Of a DNA stretch of 64,000 bases, positions 37,365 to 52,400 are shown one piece after another (position 1 is the first letter of the stretch; every line of letters begins with the position of its first letter). The DNA lies in the NCBI GenBank assembly GCA_051294375.1, contig CM119266.1, positions 13,038,924 to 13,102,923 of the forward strand, read 5' to 3'. The notes below the pieces were generated by a model, which saw nothing but the letters and a program-made list of their open reading frames with translations, made no database searches and was not told where the DNA came from. This DNA comes from Paraspadella gotoi. Its lineage: Eukaryota > Animalia > Chaetognatha. The translations under genes and the position numbers were made by a program.

Positions 37365-37700
37365 TCGTTCGAGTTCTTCTCTCCCTTCGAGAGAGCGTCT
37401 CCCTGAGGGAAATCGTAAAATTCCTTTCCCTTTTCATCCTTTCCTTCTTTCTTTTTATAAATTCGTCTTTTCCTTTTTTTTTTTCACTTTTTTTGTGGTT
37501 CGTCGTAAAACGGTTTTTTATTCGTTTCATTCCTTTTTTCGGTTTTTCCCTTTTCTTTTTCTTTGGATCTTCTTTTAAGTTCCGTTATAATTATGGTTCT
37601 AAAGGTTGAGTAATGATAAACGTACTTGATAAACCTTGGACAAATGCAATTTAAATTAACTGACGATGAAACATTAGGGACAAAAAGAGTAGAAGTATGT
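37365..37700 (+). repeat. Noisy duplicate of 50645-50955
   Basis: tcgttcgagtt...ctgagggaaatcgtaaaattcctttcccttttcatcc...gttgagtaatgataaacgtac is present at both loci. This copy carries extra inserted bases. Confidence 0.85.
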
Positions 37701-37701
37701 A

Positions 37702-37726
37702 NNNNNNNNNNNNNNNNNNNNNNNNN
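37702..37726. other. 25-N placeholder gap at the duplication junction
   Basis: Exactly 25 Ns, whereas the other gaps here are roughly 150-960 N. Confidence 0.9.
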
Positions 37727-37737
37727 GGAGAGAAGAT

Positions 37738-38468
37738 TTCACCGTCCGCTAGACTTCTTTGACGGCGAGAAAGAGGCGCGGAAAGTTCGTCTCGTCGAGC
37801 GAAAAGAACGTCGCTGTTGCGTCGCTTCTTGGGATGACGACGGTGAACCGGGGTGTTAGGGAACGGCGTCAGAACGGCCTAGTGGCTCGTCGACTCCCAG
37901 ATCCGCCAATTAGGGATGCTCGCTCGCGAACTATGCATGAAGAGGTTTCGTCGTTTCACGACGTCCTTCACACCGGCTACATCCGTTTCATCAGCGTCGG
38001 CGCCATCTTCTCTTGATCATCCAATCGCTTCGTCGCACATCCTCGGCCTTCTTTCGACGTCGTCACGCCGTCGAAAGTCTCTTTGAATTCCAATTCTTTC
38101 CGCCAGTGTTCGCGCCATTCGACGCCAAATCCATGGAGAGGAAAATGCGCGCTTCGGAACCAACTTCTTCCACAAGACGCGCGCAGCGGGAGACGCTGAA
38201 CGCGGCAGCGCCGCGGCGGGCCACGGATTTTAGCGCAGCATAAGCGCGAGGAAATCGTCGTCGTCGAGATCGTATGGACTCGAGATGCGGTTTTCGTCGT
38301 CGTCGTCGTCGTCGTCGGCGAGGCGAGGATCGAATTTGAGACAACGAGACCATTTTAAAATTAATTCGATTCAGCGAAGCGAATAATCGAGGAGAAGTGT
38401 GTCGGTAGAAAAGGCTCGGGATCGATACGAACTCGGGCGATAAAATCGTCGACGAGACAACTTTCCAT
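37738..38468 (-). pseudogene. Truncated, frameshifted second copy of the tandem-HIT ORF (likely assembly artefact)
   Basis: Near-identical to 14182-14927 with many frameshifts, and truncated at the N gap. Confidence 0.45.
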
Positions 38469-39264
38469 CCTGAGAACTTGATTCTATTCGATTCAAACAA
38501 ACGTGACTTTTTTTAAATTCAGACGAAAGAAATAAAAAAAGAAGCCCTATTACTAAGAAATCGAATAAAAATCTCCTGAGAAGTTTCGACGACGACGAAA
38601 AGGAAGAAAAGAAACAAAACGACAAAATATTTTTGAAATTAAAGCAGAAAAACGAAAAAAACGACGAAAATTCCGCGACAAACGACAGTTAAAAGCGGCG
38701 AGCCCTTTGTCTTTTCACAGTGAGGGCAGCCAGGAAGAACAACAAAAATGCTATTGTTTTCGTTCGTAATCTTTTGTTTCTGATTTTCGCAGTTCGTAGC
38801 GCCACCCGTTTGTGAAGACTCTGGACAAACAAAAAAAGACTAACGTCGTCGAAAATCTCAAACGAGCCAACAAAATACGAAAAAGGCTAACGGACTAGTG
38901 GCGCTTTGGCGAACGAGTCATCATTCAAAACAAACAAAACAACTTCATAGGGGACTGGCAGTCGAACTTTAAAATGAAATTTCAGCTGATCGAAGTGTTG
39001 ATTAACTTTAAGTCGTTTGTATAGAACAAGTTCTTATGATAAGGTTCAATCGTTAATTACGGTTTTTAAAAAAAAATACAGTTCATTGTTCAGAAAACAA
39101 TTCGAAAGATCATATATCAACTTCGATAATTTACGATTTAATCGTATATAGAGCATACAGATACAGTGCTTCGAGAATAAAATAAGGTCGTCTAGCCTAA
39201 TTAATCAATTTTTAAGAATAATAATCTGAGTGTCCTACTCAAGTGAACAAACAATCGTGAGAGA

Positions 39265-41291
39265 TCACGACTCGTCTTTGACCCTGTGAGAATGATTCGA
39301 GGAATCGACGGCGATCCCTCAACGCCCTCGTTTCACCCGTTTGTAAATCCGTTTGTTCGTTTTTCGCTTCCCGTTGCCGGGCAACGCATCGTCGTTGTCT
39401 TTAGCCGGAGCGGGAGACGTCGGAATTAGATCGGCGAGAGGTAATAAAAATGAAGGGACAACAACACAACGACGAATTCTTCTGTTTATCCTTGAAACGG
39501 GATCCGACGGAGAAGAGGCGACGGAATCCGAATCTATTTTAGGTTTTTGAGTCTCGAAGTGGTCGGTCGGTCGGTCGTTTGCGCGATCGTTGTCGTCGTC
39601 GACGCTTCCTCCTCCGTCGACGTGAACGTTGACTTCATCTGTGGTCTACGAATCTCACTGAATTGGTTCGTCGCCGCGACGGGAATTCGGAACCGTCAAA
39701 GTGTTCGACGACTTCGTATTAGGCTTCGTCGTCTCCTCTTCGGAGGAGGCCGCGCCGTCCGTGGACCGCGCCGAGATCGAGTCCACGATGTCCCAAGTTT
39801 CTTGTCGCATTTCGTCGCCTAGCGATGACGCCTTGGACGCTTTTCTATCTTCCACCTTTCGTCTTCTTTGGCACAAATTTCTTTGAAGAAATTCAGGGCT
39901 GAAAATTGGGGAAATTCATGCGAAACTTTGGTATAATATATACATTGGCTAATATAAAATTATACGTAGATTTTAATTATTTTTTTCGATAATAGTGTTT
40001 ACTAAAAAAAAATAAATATTTGTGAATTTTTTTGTCTATTTTCCAAAATTATTTTATATAAAAGAGAGTTAAATTTTAACTTCACCATCCTCAACCCGAC
40101 TCCCTTCCCACAACGCCCCACGGAAATGCCAAGCGAGAAGAAAATTCCCGAGATGCAGATGAGCGTAAAGTTGAGTAGTTCGAGGGCAGAGATCTGCGCC
40201 GAGACAGGCTGCTCCTTCTGCTCCGAGGGGATGTAGTTGCAACGGACTTCCTTCTGGCCCGGGTAAGGGAATTTTCCACTTGACCAAAATGTCGTCCAAC
40301 TTCCTTGCGGTTGATGATGCTGAGAAGATGTTGGAAGGCGTCCTTGAGACGTCGGGCTTTTTGAGAATTTTTTCTGATTATAAAGAAAGAGACAGAATTA
40401 CTTAATTTGTTAGTTGTTGATTGATTGATAATTATCATTTGTTAAGTTGGTGAATTAATGGTTTAGGTCGTTTAAAAAAAAAGACATTTAAAAAAAAATG
40501 TTTTGATGATATATAAAGGCATCCCATATTAAAATTGAATAATTTAAAAAAAAAATATGTCAGCGTCAAATTAGTCATAACATTTACATTTTCCGGAGGG
40601 ATACATGCTAAAAATGTAAGCAGGATCGACGCGTATCGTATAGTCGGTGACCATGATAATATCACATTGTCAGAGAAATCCTCTTCATCATCACTGAAAG
40701 TAAAAACGGTTTCTTGGCAATATTTTCTCAGTTCAAATATTCTATTTGCTAACGTAAAACAAAGAACTACCAGGGACGTCTATTCCCTCCGAAACAGCGC
40801 GATTTGGCCACTATCGGTAAAGTTGAGAATCCGTCGTCGCAGACAAATAGGCATCTTTGGGGGCGAACATCTGAGCGTGCAGCTCTCCGAAAGAGTCGTA
40901 CTTCTTCAACAGGTGTGACCCGCTTTGCTCTAGATTTTTTAAAAAGGAGAAAAGCTAAATCGATTTTCAGGACGAATTAGTTACAGATTTTCTTTTTCTA
41001 TTAGAATAGAAAGTGTCTGTTTAAGGGCGATGAACCGTACACAGAGACAATAAAAAAATTGCTGCCAAAATGGGTTCATTGCCACCATCGAACTCGCTTT
41101 TTCAACACTTTGAATATTATGATATCATTGTTTCTTAATTTTTTACGTGAAAATAAATAATCAAACTTTGTTTTCATTTCTTAGAGGAGGTTTTACTGCT
41201 GACGAAAGAGCGGAAACCCTTTCAATACTTTTCGAAGATTTTTTTTCAAAAATCTCTCTCTCTTATCTCTCTCCTCTCTCTCTCATGTCTC

Positions 41292-41349
<58 letters not shown>

Positions 41350-44154
41350 GCTCTCTCTCTCTCCATAAATTTATTTTCTAATAATGTAATGAGAGTCATC
41401 GAATGCACCGAGATTAGGATTTAGTTAAAGATCACACATGAATGTTTAAAAGAGTAGGGAATATGGAATGATGTTAGATGTTTAAATAACTATGTACGAA
41501 ACTTTTCAAATTAAAAGGAACGCCCCGACGTTCGAAATAGTAAAAACTCTCTTTCTCTCTCTCCTGTTTTTAATAATCACTTGCCTCATGTCTCACACGA
41601 ATTAAATGTAAAAATCCGTCTGAATATAACTTGTCGGGTATGATATTTTTTTTTACTCGCTGCGCTCAGACAAAGATTGTGCTTATGTTTCCATTCATCC
41701 ATGTCCTTTACAATTAATATAATAGTCGCCTTGTAAAATTATATCAGAAGAAAAAAAAATATTGTCTTGAGTCATCGAAACAAAGAGTCGTTTGTCCAAA
41801 AACCTGATGCAGCTGGAGATTCTTTTTGAGACCCGTGTCTCCGCCGTCGAAGAAGAATCTCAGCCCGGGTTCGCGGAGCCAGATCGGAGAAAGAGGAAAC
41901 GTGGTGCGGCATCTTGCCAGGGTCATGTCGGAGGTCAGCTGTGAGGAGGGGAGAGGCCGCGATTTAATGGCAGAATTTTGGGAATTTTATTTATTTTCAT
42001 TTTTCATTTTTAATTTTTTTTTATTAGCCATTAAAAAATCGTGAAATACAGAAAAAATACCACTATAATCTATCTGACGAATGACCAAAAATTAGCCCAG
42101 TTGCATTGCCGCGAAATTTAACCACAACTGCAACAGCAATTCTCTGGAGCCTTCAGCGAACAACATTACTATTATCGCACAATTTTATCTTCAGGGTTTA
42201 AACCTGAGCGGAGAACAAGTTGAAGATGATCCAAAAGTAAAAGATCCAAAGACGGCGAGAAGACGAAGGGCGACGTTGTAGAGGGACCGATTGACATCGT
42301 CGAATCCCAAGGCCGCGTAGGTCATGACCACTTTGGAACGTCGAGAAATGAGGAAATGGAAGCCTTAGTTATTAAGTCAAAAGCCCACATTTAGAAAATG
42401 ACAAGAGTAACAAACAGTTCACACAAAATTTATCTGCCTACACACGTAGACGCTAGCTGCAGGCGAGAGTAGATTGAAAGCCACGCTGATTTTTTTTTAA
42501 TTTAGGAAAGTTGAAAGTAATTTTAGGGACAGAAAGTCCGATTTCTAGACCAAAAACTACACTATAAATTATTTTATAAATACCATCTGTATTTTATCCA
42601 ACTGATGAAATGAAAGACAAAAAAACATTGACTGAAATTTATAAATGTTTGCGTTTGTGTACAACCCGTTAAAAACTCGCTGTAAATAAAACGGAACCAT
42701 ATTTACAGGATTTTGTAAAGTATCGTCCGTCGCTTGAGAAACTGGTGATATTGCTGAGTGCTTTTCGCGTCGAAGTGCGCGTAATACTGATAAGAATAAT
42801 ATGAAATTGAAATTGATATTAATATTGATATTGAAATTGATATTGACTTGCCATTTCATTAGCCTCCGAATGATCTTTTAATTTTTAATAATTTTAAAGT
42901 TTCTCACTTTTGAAGGGGGATAAATGACGTCGATGGCAATGACCGCAACGAAGCCGATTGGAACGACGGCGACAATCAGCAACCATCCATCGATGGTGAA
43001 AGACTGGCGAGCGGGAAGGCAATTGGGTCAGCATCGATGCAATCGGTCAATTAAGAATGTATCAAAAAGGTTAGTAAATCGGACGATACAAAGACGAGCG
43101 TTTCACGTTTTTAACTCATAAGTCGTTGAAATTAAATACGATTCGGGCGCGTTGACCATAACCGTTTTGACGTGCCCTCAGCGCCCTCTTTATCCATTTC
43201 GACACGCCCACCTTTGCCATGTAAGTCTGAAGTCCCTCGTTCTCGTTCCCGCCGGTTCCACTTCATGACGATAGCGATGCCCGCGGACATGAAAGCCCTG
43301 GAGAAGTCGACCACGTTGACGAGTTGTGGCTGAATGTAGTAATAGGTGAGCGCCATGTCGCCCTGCCGGAAATTAGCTCGTTTCACCAGCCGATCCATTT
43401 GGCCGTCGTCTCGTTTAACTTGCCTATTGCGTCGTGTGTTAAAGGATTGTTAGAGGTGTAGACAATGAGATGTCCATAACTATTTCTAAACGAATCAATT
43501 ATAAATGAGAGCATTTCTTATCTATATGATCATTGACACATATTTTTATGAAGTATTATTATCATCATTACTAATTCGTATCATCGGTTTTTGCATTAAT
43601 TATCGCTTACCCCACAGTCCTAGCTCGCTGGGGTTTTGATAAAGCTTGAACTTTATCGACATAAACGAAGAAAATCTTGAAACATGTCGGGGCAGAAGCC
43701 AATTAAAAGTCGTCCAACTCGCATTACGCTCTGTATAGCTAGCGGAAATCGTGGAAGGTTAAGCTCGACGAGGCTGAGATAAGGTAACAACCAAGGGGAA
43801 TATCCTATTGTTGTGAGTGATAGCAAATATTATAATAACAGTCATAGCTTGACGGAACACTACTCGCTTTTTCCCTACATTTGCCGAAAAAAAGTTTTTA
43901 AGCTAGATTTACTTTCTTCGCCTTTGAACTCACCCTTTACTGATGGTTCTCGTCCGCTTGACTTACCTTTCTTTTCTTCACTGGTCCGATTGTCCCAGAG
44001 GCTCCACCCGTATTCGGCGTAAACGATGGAAAACTCTTCCTCCTTCATGGAATCGCAGATGATTTCAACGACTCCAGCTCGTCAATGCCGCCGACGACGC
44101 GGGCGAGACTGACGCTGAAGAAGACGGCGACGACCCACTCAACCGACCGAGCAT
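39265..44154 (-). pseudogene. Frameshifted second copy of the IR/iGluR gene (likely assembly artefact)
   Basis: All exons and introns of 15733-20667 are present colinearly, with scattered 1-nt indels. Confidence 0.45.
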
Positions 44155-45955
44155 CTTCCGGCGCCGAGACTTTGTAAATGCCGAACCGAGACCGGAAAAT
44201 CGGCGGTCAAGGAGTGCGGGAAATAATTCTGTCCGGTCGCGGGAGTCGGGCGGCGCCTGAGGATTTGGTCGATCATAATGTCGATACATTTTTTATTTCA
44301 ATGAGAACTCTTTGTCTTCTTATCCGTCTAAAATTAATTAAAAATAATCGACTCGTTGAAAAAAAAAAAAAAAAATTAATGTAAGCGGAAGAAGAAATCC
44401 TTGGAAAACCGGATCCAGGAAACGGAGACGAAAAAAAAAGTTAGAAAAGTCGCCCCCCGAATTCCGGGTGAGTTTTGCACAGCGCCTCGGGCTGTTTTGT
44501 TTGTCTATTTTTGCTTTATGTCGCTCAGCGTGGGACTTCTCGTTGCCCTTGGGGTGCAGCTTTTGAAGTTTTCTCGATACTGGTTTGAAGAATGGAGAAA
44601 AGAGAGAGAGAGAGAGTAAGAAAGAGAGAGAGAGATTATTTAAAGCAAGTAACTCTTTTTGAATCGAGGGAGCGAGTTATTTTAATCGAGAGACCTGCTC
44701 CTCATCACTCGCGTTGTTGTTGTCACGAAATCGACGAGTTTCGTGACGAAAAATTTCATCGGAACTCGTTTCTCTTTTTCTTTTTATAATTAAGTATACT
44801 AGTTAGTAGTTAGTAGTTAATTTTCGAATAAGGTAGAAATTTTTGAATCCGATTTTATTTCAATTATCCACGTAGCTTTTTAAGTTTTGCTCATTGAGAG
44901 ATCTGGGCGCAGGTTTCGAATGAATCTCGTCATAAATTATTAGCCATAAAAAAATTAATCGGTTTCAGAGGACAATGTATTTTTTTACTAAAGGGGAAAA
45001 AATATAGGTTGTCTGTGACCTGGACTTAAATAATTGATCATTTTGAAACGAGTTTTTAAACGCACTGTAAACTCGCTCTTGTTTCGTGACTATTTATAGT
45101 TTTTGGTAAAGTGCTTAGTAAATGGTGGTAAAAAAGCAAAAAGTATCATAATATTCTGCTTTCGCATATGCACAATCTCTGAAGGTTTATTTTGAACATG
45201 TTTATTCCTCTTTCTTCCTACTGAGGCGACTACACTACAAACCTTTTTCCTTAATTTTTATCAATACATAATATACATATGTATAGCAACCTCTCTTTTG
45301 GAGAGCAGATTTTTGACTAGAATATAGCAAGGTTCACCTTTGATAATATATAGAAAGCAATAACAGTCGAACGAAATCGTATGCTAACTTATTGACTTTT
45401 GACTTTTCTCGCTTCTAGATGCAAGATGTCGCTGCTTCGAAAACTAAGTGATGGTGTAAAAAAATTCAACAAGAGAGCAGGTCGCCTTTTAAAAAGTTAT
45501 TAATGCTAGACGAAAATTTCATTTATAATTATGTTCATTTCACTTGGAGCGATAATACTATAAATGGGACAGAATTTAGCAAAGGAAGTGAATCTAAGAC
45601 ACACTTCCCAGTCCGTGAGTCGTAATATTTAAGTTGAGTCTCCGGCGCGCCAGACTCTAAAATCCCATAATCTAATGATAGTTTTTTAAATTTATTATCA
45701 ACAAATTAAAACAAAATTGAAAAAAAAAAGTTTTATATATTAGTCTGTCAAAATGTACTCTGAATACTTTTTTTTCGGTTTGAAAAACGATGATGGTCTC
45801 GGGCTTTGCCATCTCCATTTTCTTTTTCGCCTTAAACTTTGATATCATCGAATTCAGACAGCTGGAATCCATAAAGCCTTTCTTCCGTCTCGCGCCGCGC
45901 TGGCGGAATATAATCGCTGCCTTTTGTTGGAAATGGAGAGAGAAGAGAGAGAGAG

Positions 45956-46010
<55 letters not shown>

Positions 46011-46731
46011 AGAAGAGAGAGGAGAGACTTTCGATATCTTCTTTGTTTAAAGCTTGAATGAAAATGGTTGCGGGGATATTTCTTCAGCTTTCAAGTCTTC
46101 CTTTACTAACAACGCTATGGAACCTTGGATGTGACAGACTTAGAGCACTTCTCGTTCCGCGAATTTCCTGACCTTTTTCTTCCATTTTTTTCTCTCTCTC
46201 GAAGAATATTTTCTTTCGGTCCTGAAAACCGAAGAGAAGTAAAAGAAAAATGGGAGGAAGAGAAGGAGAACCTTTGAAATGTGAAGCCCGTGAGACCTGG
46301 AGAGAGTGAGGGCTGAACCCGGTAAGAAACTCGGATAGGTAAGAAAGGAGAGAATCAGACATCAGTTCAATAGTGGAATATATTCAGGATAGAACAATCT
46401 TTTAACTTTAAACCTTCTTTCGAGTGGTCAAGGAAGTTCATTTGATCTTGGAGAGGCCACTCATTTCGATTTGCCCGTACCAGTTTTGTCTTTTTCGAGT
46501 CTCTCGTTCCCTTTCTCTTCATGATAGATCCCAAACTCGTAACATGACAAATCGCAGCGACGTTCACTTAATATAAAGGTGTTCGCTACCAAAGAAGGAT
46601 TTGTCATGAATTAAAGTAAAGGGGGAAGAAAAAGGAAAAAAGAAGAAAAAAACCAAGGGAGTCTCTCTTTCCTCTCTCTCTGCTCTCTCTCTCCTCTCTC
46701 TCTTCTTTTCCTCTCCTCTCTCTCTCTCTCC

Positions 46732-46768
<37 letters not shown>

Positions 46769-47648
46769 CTTCTCTCTCTCTCTCCTCCTTCGCCCGGAGA
46801 AGAATTCCGTTCACGTTCGCGAAAAGCTTAATGGCGAATGAAACAAAAGAAAAGAATGATGGGAAAACGGGGTCCATTTAAAGCGAAAAAATGAAGAGGA
46901 AAAAAAAAAAAAAGAATAAAACATTGGGATTTGCATGAAAAAGAAGTATTCAAGAAAAAAAAAAGCAGGTGCTCTGTTTTCACCTGAGCCAGCTGTGCTT
47001 TTTTCGTCGCTTACGAAGCGTCTACATGGAATAAAGAAATCATTTTTATTCATTTTTTTATATATTATATATTATATGTATTATTTCTCCTCAAATTTTA
47101 TTTTGTGCTCTTTTGAGGGTCAACGATTTCTGCTCTCGAGGTCGTTCGGTGTCCAGAGAGAAATTTCTTTGACTCGCGTAGCGAATCGAGTTCGAGACTG
47201 GATGTAGCTAAAAAATTTTTAATAGTAAATAGTAAGAGCGCAGTAAATTCAACTTTTCAAAATGACTAAAACCGAGAGCTTTGGAAGCAACAAATATATA
47301 ATCCAAATGAGACCATAACAATGCAACAACAGTACTCGCGACCCACTCACTCGCTATCCCTCTTTCATCGCACCCGTCACCCCCCCGTCTCCACTCCCCC
47401 GTCACCCCCTCCGCCACCACCGCCGCCACCTCCCCCCGACTCCCTCGGCTAAAGTTTCGCCGGAGGTTTCATTTGGCGTCGGAATCAATTAGCGTCTAAC
47501 CAACGCTGATGTTGGCCGCCGCCAGCAAATGGCAACAAACTCTTGACGAGTTGATGCCAGAAGGGGAGAGATCCGCGATTCTCTGGGGGCGTTGAAAGAG
47601 AAGAGAGAGAGAAGATAGAGAGAGGAGAGAGAGGAGAGAGAAGAGAGA

Positions 47649-47697
<49 letters not shown>

Positions 47698-49199
47698 GTT
47701 GGGATTGAGGGATGAAGGAATAAGGATGGAGAGTTGGAGAACGGGGGGGGGGTGGTTGAGCGTAGATGAGGATAGGATTATTTAGTGAAGAGAGAGTTTG
47801 AAGATGAAAGTTGTTTTAGGCTGAGGAGCGGAGATGGCGAAAATGTACATATCTTATGGGAGATTGAGACGAAGAGTGAAGACCTCTCCGGCGAATAGTA
47901 ATTCCGAAAAAGGATTAAAAAGAAAATTCTCCGAAAATGGTTAAGGAAGGGTATTCGTGTGAAGTGAAGATGTTTGAAGAGAGTGAGAGAGAATGAGGAG
48001 ACGCTCAAGCGAAGAGAGGCGAGCCAAGAATCTTTATCAACGATTAAACAATTAATGTTTGCTTTCTTTTTTCTTTTCTCTCATCTTTTCTGCGATGTTA
48101 TCTCGACGGATCTTTTTATCATCGCTTGCTAATGATTTTTTCTACGCGAGATAGACAAAGAAACCGAACGATCTTTATTTCAATTTTGAGTTAATGATTG
48201 TTTGCCTCTGGTTAATGGTTATGAATTTTACTGGCTTAGGGTTGGCTCCAGATCGAAATCAATAAACGATAAAAATAGAACATTGCGACGACGCAAATAC
48301 ACGTAGATAAAATCTATTTTCGATCATTTATCTCTATTAGTCGTCATAACTACTAAATCTAATTCTTATAACTGTCACTACATACATTGATCAAAAATAA
48401 AAAATATCAACGACCACCACGGACGTCGCAGAGTGCGCTCTGCGCAGTTTCTCAACAGCGCAGTCTCGCAGCAGCCACGTTATGAGGATATTCCAGATTC
48501 GAAAGGGAATAAAGATTGGACAACGGAACGACTTTTAGAATGGTTTTTTCGTCGGAAATGGAAAAAAAGGGGTGTGGGGGAGAGGGGGGAGAAGGATGTG
48601 TGGGTATGTTGTGGTGGCGAGTGGTGGGGTGAGTGGTGAACAGGATGGTAGCGGGTGAGTGAATTCGCGTCACCGCGGCGGATACGACGAATAAACAAGG
48701 TCATCGCCGTGAATATTTTTTTTTGTTGTTTTGGGGGGTTTTTGAGTTTTTTTTTGTCGATGGGATTTTTGAGGGATGGAAAGGGAAAGGGTCGTTTCAA
48801 ATGGAAGAGAAGTGTAAAAAGAGTGACAGAGGAGTGATAAGTGAGGAAATTTACTGAAAATTTAGGAGGAATTTGATAAAAAGAAGATGGAAATATGAAA
48901 AAAAAACATCTTTACTTAAAAAATTGCAAAAAGGAGTGGCAAAAGGAGCAATTAAATAAAGAGGGGAGAGAAAAAAGTAAAATGAAAGTTGAAAGTGTGA
49001 CGATCACAGGAAGTCGAGAAATAGGAAAAAAAGAAAATGAAGAGAAGAGTATAGGGGGCGGTGGAGGGCAGGGGGCGGCGGGGGGGGGGGCGAGAGGAAG
49101 GTGAGACGCAGACGCGACGACTATGGGGTCAATCTTCACGCTTTTCTTGATCTTCCTTCGCGCGGAAAACTCGTGAAGGGATTCTTTCCTCGTTTTTCT

Positions 49200-49217
49200 T
49201 TCTCTTTTCTTTTCTTT

Positions 49218-49309
<92 letters not shown>

Positions 49310-49403
49310 TATTTTCTTTTAAGTTTTTTCTTTCAGGTTTCTTTCTTTTCTTCTTTTTCATTTTCTTTCCTCTTTTCTTTCCTCATTTCTTCCTATGTAT
49401 ATT

Positions 49404-49491
<88 letters not shown>

Positions 49492-49492
49492 T
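49200..49492 (+). repeat. (TTTC)n microsatellite tracts
   Basis: Two long TTTC arrays at about 49215-49310 and 49403-49492. Confidence 0.9.
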
Positions 49493-52400
49493 CAACAAAC
49501 AAACTTCTCTAGAAAGAAAATTCCCTTTCTTTTCTTCTGATGATAGTTTGGAAAATAAAACCCAAAGAAAAAAAATCTTTCCACTTCGACGAGCAAAAAG
49601 TACTGGGGAAAACGAGNNNNNNNNNNNNNNNNNNNNNNNNNNNNNNNNNNNNNNNNNNNNNNNNNNNNNNNNNNNNNNNNNNNNNNNNNNNNNNNNNNNN
49701 NNNNNNNNNNNNNNNNNNNNNNNNNNNNNNNNNNNNNNNNNNNNNNNNNNNNNNNNNNNNNNNNNNNNNNNNNNNNNNNNNNNNNNNNNNNNNNNNNNNN
49801 NNNNNNNNNNNNNNNNNNNNNNNNNNNNNNNNNNNNNNNNNNNNNNNNNNNNNNNNNNNNNNNNNNNNNNNNNNNNNNNNNNNNNNNNNNNNNNNNNNNN
49901 NNNNNNNNNNNNNNNNNNNAAGGGAAAAGAAAGGAAAGGGAAAAGAAAGGAAAGGGAAAGAAAGGAGGACGTAGGGGATTGAAGAAAAGTTTAAAGTGTG
50001 GTAAGCTTACATTTACAATTCCCAGTGACGAAGATACAATAAGAAATAGAAAAAGGAAAGGGGAAAGAGAAAAAATAACAATGTAAATGTGAGATTATTA
50101 AGGCGTAGAAAATTGAAGCTGAAATTTATTTTCAAGAAGAAAATTTGAGATTTGGAGAAGAACAAACCAAGTAAAAAAAATAAAAAAACTACAATGAAAG
50201 TAAAAGAACTATGTACAAAAAATAAAAAAAATAGTTTCCATCTTCCAAACTGAACTTGAGTAAAAAATTTCTTTCTCTGCTCCTTCTACCGAAAGGACGA
50301 ACGCGTAAATTTTTGATGGTTTTGGAAAACTAAGTTGGGGTAAAACTTGGTTTTCACTTAACGATTTTGTGAAAAAGGAAAAGGAAAAAGCAAAAAAATA
50401 GGTTTTTAAAATGCTTTTAGAATATTGTTGGAATACAAAATTTAAAATTGATTTAAAATTATTTAAGGTGAGCTCTCGACAAATGATGTTTATCATCAAC
50501 TGAGGAAGTTCAAAAACAATTTTTGAAAACAAAAAAATACATATTTGCAACTCCTTTCTAGGAGAAATAACTCTTACTTTTTCCCTTTTTTGTTAAAAAA
50601 TAAGGTAGGGGCTAGGGGGGCAGGACTGACCCGGAAAACCCCCTTCGTTCGAGTTTCTCCGCTTCGAGAGACGCGTCCTCCTGAGGGAATCGTAATTCCT
50701 TTCCCTTTTCATCCTTCCTTCTTCTTTTTATCGTCTTTCCTTTTTTCCCCCCTTTTTTTGTGGTTCGTCGTAACGTTTTTTTATTCGTTTCATTCCTTTT
50801 CGGTTTTCTTATCTTTTTCTTGGGATTCTTCTTTAAAGTTCCGTTATATTTTGTTCTAAGTTGAGTAATGATAAACGTACTATAAACTTGTACAATGCAA
50901 ATTTAAATTAAACTTGGGACGATGAACATTGGGACAACAAAGTAACGATGTATGTAACGAAATATAAAATTTGAACAGATTCCGTCGTCCCGCCGTCGAA
51001 AACAAATCTAAACAAACAAACAAACAGAGAATAAACCAAAAAGAAAAACAAACAAACAAACAAACAAAAAAAAAACCGTGGAATTTTTTCCAGACGCGAT
51101 CGAGTTCAAACCCTTTTCATGATGAAAATTTCACGTATACAATATTAATAAACTTAAAAATTCCCTAGAAAATAAAATCCCCCTCCTTTTTTTTTCGCGC
51201 CACCAGCTGTTGTTCTCTCGTGGAAGTCGCTCGGGAGACGTGACAAACGATCGCTTCGGCGGAACATATGGCGCAGTCTAGTGACGCCACTGGCGAGGGT
51301 GGCGAGGCACGTAGCGTGACGGAAAGGATGGGGTTGGTGCGGCGCGGTGGCGTGGCGCTTAGGACCGGGTTGGTGCGGCGCGGTGGGGGTTTGACGAAAA
51401 TGAGCGTGGGGCCTATGGGGATTGTGGTGAATGAAGGGATTGTGCGGATGCGGGGCGATTTAGTGTGAATATGAAGGGATCAGTGCGTCAGAGCGGCACT
51501 GTTGCGATTTGGAGGAGACCGGCACGGCCCCGTGGCGAAAGCCAAAGGCTTTGAGAACGGCGATGCCTTTGGGAATGAGTTTTGTGTGGTGTAATGAGGA
51601 GTGAGGTCACAAGCGGATAATTACTCGACTACAATATAATACATTCTGTAGTTGGATTTCACAAAACAAAAGCAAAAACCTTTTTTGGTATCGTAAATTA
51701 TCAGGTTCCACTTGATGTTAAGTTTAGCATCACTTTCCTCGAATGAAGCGCATACTTCTCTTTATTTAATGAGAGAGAAAGTGAAAGAGAGAAAGAGAAA
51801 CGACGATTTGTTTATTTATTTATTCCTCGTTTTGAATCCATCGTCATTCGCGAACCTCGAAAGCTTTTGTTTAGTTATTTTGTGGTCTCCGCCATCTCGC
51901 GTCGCCGTATCCGTCTCTCCGCTCCTCATCATCATCGTCCTCTGGCGGAGAAATAATGTTTTATAAAAACNNNNNNNNNNNNNNNNNNNNNNNNNNNNNN
52001 NNNNNNNNNNNNNNNNNNNNNNNNNNNNNNNNNNNNNNNNNNNNNNNNNNNNNNNNNNNNNNNNNNNNNNNNNNNNNNNNNNNNNNNNNNNNNNNNNNNN
52101 NNNNNNNNNNNNNNNNNNNNNNNNNNNNNNNNNNNNNNNNNNNNNNNNNNNNNNNGCAAGGGAAAAAAAAGATTCGGGTGGGAGAAACATCGAGGGGGCT
52201 TAACGTCGTCGAGATAAAATAACGGTGACGACGACGAGAGGAAGAGAAAAAATAGAGGATAAAAATGTTGTTGAGAGAAAAGAGAAAGAAAGAATTGCCG
52301 AGTGAGATGGAATGCGGGAAAAAGTGAGAGATAATGAATGATTGATAACGAAAAAGATAAAATGACTTGATAAAAATTTAAGAATGTTTATAAATTTATG

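Larger units (their letters stand above)
37738..49580 (+). repeat. Copy 2 of the duplication, riddled with 1-2 nt indels; probably an uncorrected long-read gap fill (false duplication)
   Basis: Differences are mostly single-base indels, densest near the 25-N gap (37702-37726), and they break exons and introns alike. Confidence 0.9.

Noticed and set aside
37738-44154. Genuine recent paralogues or pseudogenes of the HIT and IR genes
   Set aside because: The indel-dominated error pattern and 25-N junction point to raw long-read sequence. They are listed only as low-confidence features.
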